NCBI GenBank assembly: GCA_900234795.1
Contig: LT962688.1
Span: forward strand, 1,740,001 to 1,772,000
Origin: Methylorubrum extorquens
GTDB lineage: Bacteria > Pseudomonadota > Alphaproteobacteria > Rhizobiales > Beijerinckiaceae
Direction of reading: 5' to 3'
DNA length: 32,000 nucleotides
This document shows, one piece after another, positions 26,863 through 32,000 of the stretch (position 1 is the first letter of the stretch; each line of letters begins with the position of its first letter). The notes under the pieces were generated by a model. That model was not told the DNA's origin. It saw only the letters and a list, made by a program, of their open reading frames with translations, and did not search any database. The translations under genes and the position numbers were made by a program.

Positions 26863-28600
26863 TCAGCCCGCCGCCGGCCCGCTGTCCCGCAGGGCCCGGC
26901 GCAGCACCTTGCCGACATTGGTCTTCGGCAGGCTGTCCTGGATCACGATCCGGCGGGGCACCTTGTAGCCGGTGAGGCTCGCCCGGGCGTGCGCCCTGAG
27001 CGCGTCCGGCTCCACGGACGGATCGCGCAGGACCACGTGGGCGACGACCATCTCGCCGCTCTCGCCGCAGGGCGCGCCGACCACGGCGCATTCGACCACC
27101 GCCGGGTGGGTGGCGAGCACGTCCTCGACCTCGTTCGGGTAGACGTTGAAGCCGGAGACGAGAATCATGTCCTTCATCCGGTCGACGATGCGGATCTGCC
27201 CGTCCGGCGTCATCACCGCCACGTCGCCGGTGCGGAAGAAGCCGTCGGCGGTCATCGCCGCCCGCGTCTCCTCCGGGCGGTTCCAGTAGCCGGCCATCAC
27301 CTGGGGCCCGCGCACGCAGAGTTCGCCGGGCACGCCAAAGGGCAGCACCGTGCCGTCCTCGGCGCGGATCGTCACCTCGGTCGAGGGCAAGGGATAGCCG
27401 ATCGTCCCGGTCCAGTTGGCGAGCCCGAGCGGGTTGACGCTCACCACCGGTGAGGTCTCCGACAGGCCGTAGCCTTCGAGGATGGTCTGGCCGGTGATCG
27501 CCTTCCAGCGGGCGGCCACCGCCGACTGCACCGCCATGCCGCCGCCGACCACGTACTCCACGTTCGAGAAATCGACCGTGCCGATCTTCGGGTGGTTGTT
27601 CAGCGCGTTGAACAGCGTGTTCACCCCGGCGAAGTTGGTGAAGCGGGTGCGGCTGAGCGTCTTCACGAAGCCGTCGAGATCGCGCGGGTTCGGGATCAGC
27701 AGGCAGCAACCGCCGAGCCGGAAGAAGAACAGGAAGCAGGCCGTCAGCGCGAAGATGTGGTAGAGCGGCAGCGCCGTCACCGCCACGTGTCCGTCCCCCT
27801 TCCCCGCCGGGCCGCGGAACCACGCCCGGCTCTGCTCGACATTGGCCATGATGTTGTGGTGGGTCAGCATCGCCGCCTTGGCGATGCCGGTGGTGCCGCC
27901 GGTATATTGCAGGAAGGCGACGTCGCCGGGCTCGATGGCGACCGAGGGGCGCTTGAGGCCGCGGCCCGCCCGCACCACCGCTTCGAACCGCAGGGTCCGC
28001 CCGGCCGGTAGGGTGTAGGGCGGCACCGCCCGCTTCACCCGCCGCGAGACGAGATCGACGATCCGTCCCTTCAGTCCAAGCAGATCGCCGGGGCCTGCCA
28101 CGACGATCCGCTCCAGGCTCGGCATCTCCGGCAGCGCCTGCGCGACCGTGTGGCAGAAGTTCTCCAGCACGAAGAGGACGCGGGCGCCGGAATCGTTGAT
28201 CTGCGCGGCGAGTTCGCGCGGGGGTGTAGAGCGGGTTGACGTTGACGACGGTGCAGCCCGCCACCAGCACGCCGAGCAGCGAGACGGGACAGGCCGGGAC
28301 GTTGGGCATCATCACCGCGATGCGGTCGCCGATGCCGTCCACACCCGTCTCACTCCCCTTGCCGGCCTTGCCGTAGCCGTTGGCGGCGAGCCACGCCGCC
28401 ACCGCCTGTGCCGCGGCGCCGACCTCGCGGTAGCGCAGGCTCGCGCCGAAGCAGGTGATCGCCGGGCGCTCGGCGAAGCGCAGCACGCTGCGGTCGAACA
28501 GATCGACCACCGTGCCGACGGAATCGACGTCGATATCGGCGGGAATGCCGGGGGGATAGGCGGCCAGCCAAGGACGCTCCGCGCTCCGGTCCTGCGCCAT
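26863..28600 (-). pseudogene. fadD: Long-chain-fatty-acid--CoA ligase, frameshifted after about 127 codons
   Basis: The N-terminus is MAQDRSAERPWLAAYPPGIPADIDVD...VVNVNPLYTP (start of track ORF 25097..28600). The remainder is LENFCHTVAQ...LQYTGGTTGIAKAAMLTHHN...GYGLSETSP...TGDV...PKTNVGKVLRR (ORF 26863..28170). Removing one G from the G5 run at 28220-28224 gives ...NPLYTPRELAAQINDSGARVLFVLENF. SD GGAGG lies upstream of ATG 28600. Confidence 0.92.
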
Positions 28601-28699
28601 CCTCGTCCCTCCTGCCCTGTGGCACGCGGCTTATGAGGGCCGGGCTCAGCCCGGCTCCACCGCTTCCCGTCGTGGCTTAAGCGTTTCCGGCGCGTTCGA

Positions 28700-29501
28700 T
28701 CAAGCCACGCCCACCCGCGCGGCTTGAGGGGTTGCCCGAGTCGTCCGCTGCGGCCGCAGGCGGGCGGCCACGAGCAGTCCGTGCGGCAGGGCGGCGAGCG
28801 TCAGCACTAGGGCGGCCACGACGAGGTCGCGGGCGTCGAGCGGGCGGCGCGGCCACGGGCCGAACCCGGCATCGCGGGCGAGCCCGATCACGGCGGCGGC
28901 GAACCACAGCGCCAGGAAGCCCGCGACCCATCCCAGTAGCGCCCGCCCGGCCCCACGCCAGCGGCTCCCCGCTGCGCGCCGGACCCGGCCGGCCGGCCAG
29001 ACGCGCGCCGAGCCCCATGGCCAGCCCGAACAGGCCCGCGGCGGCGCCCGCCCCCATCGCATAGGCGATCACCATCGGCGTGCCGTTGAGGAAGGCGCCG
29101 CTGCCGGTGGCGAAGCCGGCCCGCAGCACGAGGCCGCCGAAGGTCGGGTGCAGGCTCGCCGCCAGGAACAGCGCGAGGCCGATCCCCCCGCCGACGACCC
29201 GCCGGACCAGCAAGGCGGAGCCCGGCGCCAGCATGACGGCCAGGATGCGGGTGAGCCCGTAGACCAGCGCGAAGACGAAGAGCGGGTAGCGGTCGAGGAA
29301 GAAGCCGTAGAACCGCGCCGCCACGTCCGGCGGCATCGCGCTGCGTTGATCGAAGCCGGTGAGGAAGACGACGAACAGGGCGGCCAGCGCCGCCAGCAGC
29401 GGCGCCGCGGCGATGGCCAGACTGCCCCGTTCCGAGCGCGAGGCGCGCGCCTCCGCCGGGCCGGCCTCCGGGCCGGCGGAGAGCGCTCCGGTGCGGCTCA
29501 C
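28700..29501 (-). pseudogene. Hypothetical polytopic membrane protein, apparently frameshifted
   Basis: Third-position GC is very high. Several hydrophobic helices are present (LAIAAAPLLAALAALFVVFLTGF, YPLFVFALVYGLTRILAVML, GIGLALFLAASL, then after the shift LLGWVAGFLALWFAAAVIGL, LVVAALVLTLAAL). The frame changes by +1 somewhere in 28940-28975, where two C4 runs occur. The GTG start overlaps the pepA stop (GTGA). Confidence 0.5.
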
Positions 29502-30991
29502 CGCTCGTAGTGTTCGCGCACGAGCCGGTCGAGCAGGCGCACGCCCCAGCCCGCGCCCCAGCTCCGGTTGATCTCGGAGGGGGTGGAGGACATGCCGACG
29601 CCGGCGATGTCGAGATGGGCCCACGGCACGTCGTTGACGTAGCGCTTGAGGAAGGCGGCCGCCGTGGCCGCGCCGCCGTGGCGCCCGCCGGTGTTCTTCA
29701 TGTCGGCGAACTTCGAGTCGATCGCCTTGTCGAAGGCCGGGATCAGCGGCATCCGCCACACCTTCTCGCCCGCCGCCTCGCCGGCCGCGGTGATCTGGCC
29801 TGAGAGCGCGTCGTCGTTGGAGAACAGGCCGGCGATGTCCTGGCCGAGCGCGACGATGATCGCGCCGGTGAGCGTGGCCAGATCGATCATCGCCTTGGGC
29901 TTGTAGGTCGCCTGGACGTGCCAGAGCACGTCGGCGAGCACGAGGCGGCCTTCCGCGTCGGTGTTGATGACCTCGATGGTTTGCCCTGAGAGCGAGGTGA
30001 CGATGTCGGAGGGGCGGTAGGCCGCACCGTCGGGCATGTTCTCGACGATGCCGATGGCGCCGATCACGTTCGCCTTGGCCTTGCGCGAGGCCAGGGCGTG
30101 CAGGGTGCCGACGACCGCGGCCGAGCCGCCCATGTCGCCCTTCATGTCCTCCATGCCGCCGGCCGACTTGATCGAGACGCCGCCGGAATCGAACACCACG
30201 CCCTTGCCGATCAGGGCCAGAGGCGGCTCCGCGGCGTCGTCCGCCCCGTTCCAGCGCATGATCACCACCCGCGGCTCGCGGGCCGAGCCCTGCGCCACCG
30301 CGAGCAGGGCACCCATGCCGATCTCCTTCATCCGCGCCACGTCGAGGATCTCGACCTCGACGCCGAGCTGCGTCAGCTCGGAGACGCGCCGGGCATATTC
30401 CTCGGGGTAGAGGACGTTCGGCGGCTCGTTGACGAGGTTGCGGGCGAGGATCACGCCCTCGGCCACCGCCTCGGCGCTCCGCGCGGCAGCCTCGACCGCG
30501 GACGGGTCGACGACCCGCAGGGTCAGCGCGGCACCCGCCTCGTCCTCGTCCTTCTTCTTGGTCTTGTACTGGTCGAAGCGGTAGCTGCGCAGGCGTGCGC
30601 CGAGGGTGAAGTCGGCGACATCGCGGGCGCTGGCGGCAAAACCGGGCCCGTCGATCACGACGCGGGCGCTGCGGGCCCCGACCTTGCCGGCGGTGAAGCC
30701 GCCCAGCACGGTCCAGTCGATCTTGGCCCGGTCCTTCTCCGATCCCAGCCCGATCACCACGAGCCGGTCGGCCTCCACCCCCGCCGGGGCCGGGAGGACC
30801 AGCGCGCTCTGCGCCTTGCCCTTGAAGCGCTCGCTCGCGGCGGCGCGGGCGACCAGCTCGGTGCCGGGCTGGCCGAGCGCCTCGGAGGCGGCACCGGTCA
30901 GGGCGAGGTCGTCGCCCACGAACACCACGAGGTCGCCCCCCGTGCCGCGCGACGACAGCGGCTCAAAGGTGATTTCGATCCCACCGGCCAT
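29498..30991 (-). CDS. pepA: Leucyl aminopeptidase (M17)
   Basis: The 497-aa protein shows [41 protein letters not shown] and ATLTGA motifs. The track ORF continues upstream to 31915, but that extension is antisense to lptF. Confidence 0.96.
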   Translation of the reverse strand: MAGGIEITFEPLSSRGTGGDLVVFVGDDLALTGAASEALGQPGTELVARAAASERFKGKAQSALVLPAPAGVEADRLVVIGLGSEKDRAKIDWTVLGGFTAGKVGARSARVVIDGPGFAASARDVADFTLGARLRSYRFDQYKTKKKDEDEAGAALTLRVVDPSAVEAAARSAEAVAEGVILARNLVNEPPNVLYPEEYARRVSELTQLGVEVEILDVARMKEIGMGALLAVAQGSAREPRVVIMRWNGADDAAEPPLALIGKGVVFDSGGVSIKSAGGMEDMKGDMGGSAAVVGTLHALASRKAKANVIGAIGIVENMPDGAAYRPSDIVTSLSGQTIEVINTDAEGRLVLADVLWHVQATYKPKAMIDLATLTGAIIVALGQDIAGLFSNDDALSGQITAAGEAAGEKVWRMPLIPAFDKAIDSKFADMKNTGGRHGGAATAAAFLKRYVNDVPWAHLDIAGVGMSSTPSEINRSWGAGWGVRLLDRLVREHYER

Positions 30992-31282
30992 GATGCTCTT
31001 CGCTCTCAACCCGTCTTCCGCCGGCTCCTCCGCGTGCCCCGCGAAAACCGGCGAACCTGTGTACCCGCTGAAACGCAGAACGCAACGCGGGGACGGGGCG
31101 CAGGACCCGTGCCCGCTGGCCGCGTGCCTCGAGGGAGGTTGAACTCGCCGTTCTCCTTCCGGTCCTCCCCGCCGCGAAACGGCCTCATTCCAAGCGCCCG
31201 AAGCCGGCAGTATCGGCGCCTTGTCCCTTGCATGGGGTGCCGCTCGCGGTGAGTGAATGAAGGACCGGTTCGGGCGGCGCGG

Positions 31283-32000
31283 ATGACGCAGATCGAGCGC
31301 TACATATTCAGGATCGCGCTCGGGGCCTTCCTCACCTGCCTGATCGGCCTCACCGGCACGATCTGGGTGACGCAGGCCCTGCGCGAACTCGACCTCGTCA
31401 CGGCCAAGGGGCAGACGCTCCTCGTCTTCCTGTTCATCACCGCCCTGTCGCTGCCGACGCTGATCACGGTGATCGCCCCGGTCGCCCTGTTCATCGCCTG
31501 CGTCTACGCGCTGAACAAGCTCAACGGCGATTCCGAGCTGATCGTGATGTCGGCCGCCGGCATGCCGCCGCGCCAGTTGCTGCGCCCCTTCGCGACCCTG
31601 GCCTTCGCGATCAGCGTCGTGGTCGCCTTCCTGACGATCCAGGTGATGCCCTCCTCCTTCCAGGAGCTGCGCGACGTGCTGACCCGGGTGCGGGGGGATT
31701 TCGTCGCCAACGTCGTCAAGGAGGGCCAGTTCACGGCGCTCGACAACGGCATCACCTTCCATTTCCGCGAGCGCGGCGCCGACGGCTCGCTCCAGGGCCT
31801 GTTCATCCAGGACAAGCGCGAGGCCGGCAAGGCGGTGGTCTACCTCGCCGAGCGCGGGCGCGTCAGCGAGGTCGATGGGCAGACCTACCTCGTGCTGGAA
31901 AAGGGCAGCATCCATCGTCAGCAGAAGGACAGCCGCGATTCCTCGATCGTGAGTTACGAGCGCTACGCCGTCGATCTCGCCGCCTTCACGCCGCCGGATT
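31283..32000 (+). CDS. lptF: LPS export ABC transporter permease LptF (5' part; continues beyond the window)
   Basis: Manual translation from ATG 31283 gives [94 protein letters not shown].... It is absent from the ORF track because no stop occurs before the window end. The arrangement divergent from pepA is the classical synteny. Confidence 0.9.
   Translation, partial: MTQIERYIFRIALGAFLTCLIGLTGTIWVTQALRELDLVTAKGQTLLVFLFITALSLPTLITVIAPVALFIACVYALNKLNGDSELIVMSAAGMPPRQLLRPFATLAFAISVVVAFLTIQVMPSSFQELRDVLTRVRGDFVANVVKEGQFTALDNGITFHFRERGADGSLQGLFIQDKREAGKAVVYLAERGRVSEVDGQTYLVLEKGSIHRQQKDSRDSSIVSYERYAVDLAAFTPPD

Noticed and set aside
25097-28600. A 1167-aa minus-strand ORF.
   Set aside because: Only the first roughly 127 codons (28220-28600) are real fadD sequence. 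The rest is out-of-frame read-through after a homopolymer insertion and crosses fadD, an intergenic gap and the mscS-family gene.
561-28975. Homopolymer frameshifts interpreted as phase variation or programmed ribosomal frameshifting.
   Set aside because: All eight events are +1 insertions in unrelated housekeeping genes. They have no slippery-heptamer or stimulatory-structure context, and the runs are short (3-6 nt). A sequencing artefact is far more parsimonious, though this remains to be confirmed with reads.
30992-31915. An N-terminal extension of the pepA ORF (the track gives 805 aa).
   Set aside because: Homology to M17 aminopeptidases begins at [12 protein letters not shown] (ATG 30991). 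The extension is antisense to the clearly conserved lptF coding sequence.
1-32000. A search for tRNA, rRNA, tmRNA, IS elements, integrases, CRISPR arrays and toxin-antitoxin or defence gene pairs.
   Set aside because: Reading both strands by eye, I found no cloverleaf-like sequences, no terminal inverted repeats flanking a transposase, no repeat-spacer arrays and no small paired ORFs of TA type. A tool-based scan (tRNAscan, Infernal, ISfinder, defence-system HMMs) would be needed to make this negative result firm.

Overview
A high-GC (about 70%) alphaproteobacterial chromosome segment. Gene content and repeat style suggest Rhizobiales, possibly Methylobacteriaceae, but that is inference only. 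The window reads as core or housekeeping DNA. I see no IS element, integrase, prophage, CRISPR array, tRNA or rRNA, and no convincing multi-gene novel system (defence island, toxin-antitoxin or RiPP cluster).

Gene order, left to right:
- a group-1 luciferase-like (LLM) flavin oxidoreductase
- an AzgA-type NCS2 purine permease
- a PaoABC-type periplasmic molybdo-flavo aldehyde oxidoreductase operon
- a two-gene sulfur-scavenging module (sfnG plus an SfnB-family oxidoreductase)
- the conserved cell-envelope/RNA block mrcA (PBP1A), amiC, then divergent rne (RNase E, 1040 aa)
- a DUF422 carotenoid-type membrane protein
- a class I/II aminotransferase
- an OprO/OprP-family porin
- an HD-GYP protein
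- a DsbA-family oxidoreductase
- an MscS-family channel
- fadD
- an unknown polytopic membrane protein
- pepA, then divergent lptF (runs off the right edge)

The main technical observation is that at least six otherwise well-conserved genes are broken by single-base insertions. There are eight sites, almost all in C/G homopolymer runs. This most likely reflects sequencing or assembly error rather than biology.

Smaller items that merit a second look:
- a 133-bp nested REP-like palindrome inside the sfnG-sfnB operon, with a partial second copy upstream of amiC
- an AT-rich, repeat-bearing control region upstream of sfnG
- a strongly Shine-Dalgarno-driven 28-codon ORF with its own terminator
- an Rmf/CrpP-like mini-protein divergent from rne across a roughly 690-bp leader region
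- a roughly 490-bp structured orphan region downstream of rne
- a 15-bp perfect tandem duplication at the 5' end of the HD-GYP gene
- a 49-codon ORF with strong codon-position GC bias next to fadD

Many long ORFs in the six-frame track are antisense or out-of-frame artefacts of the high GC content.
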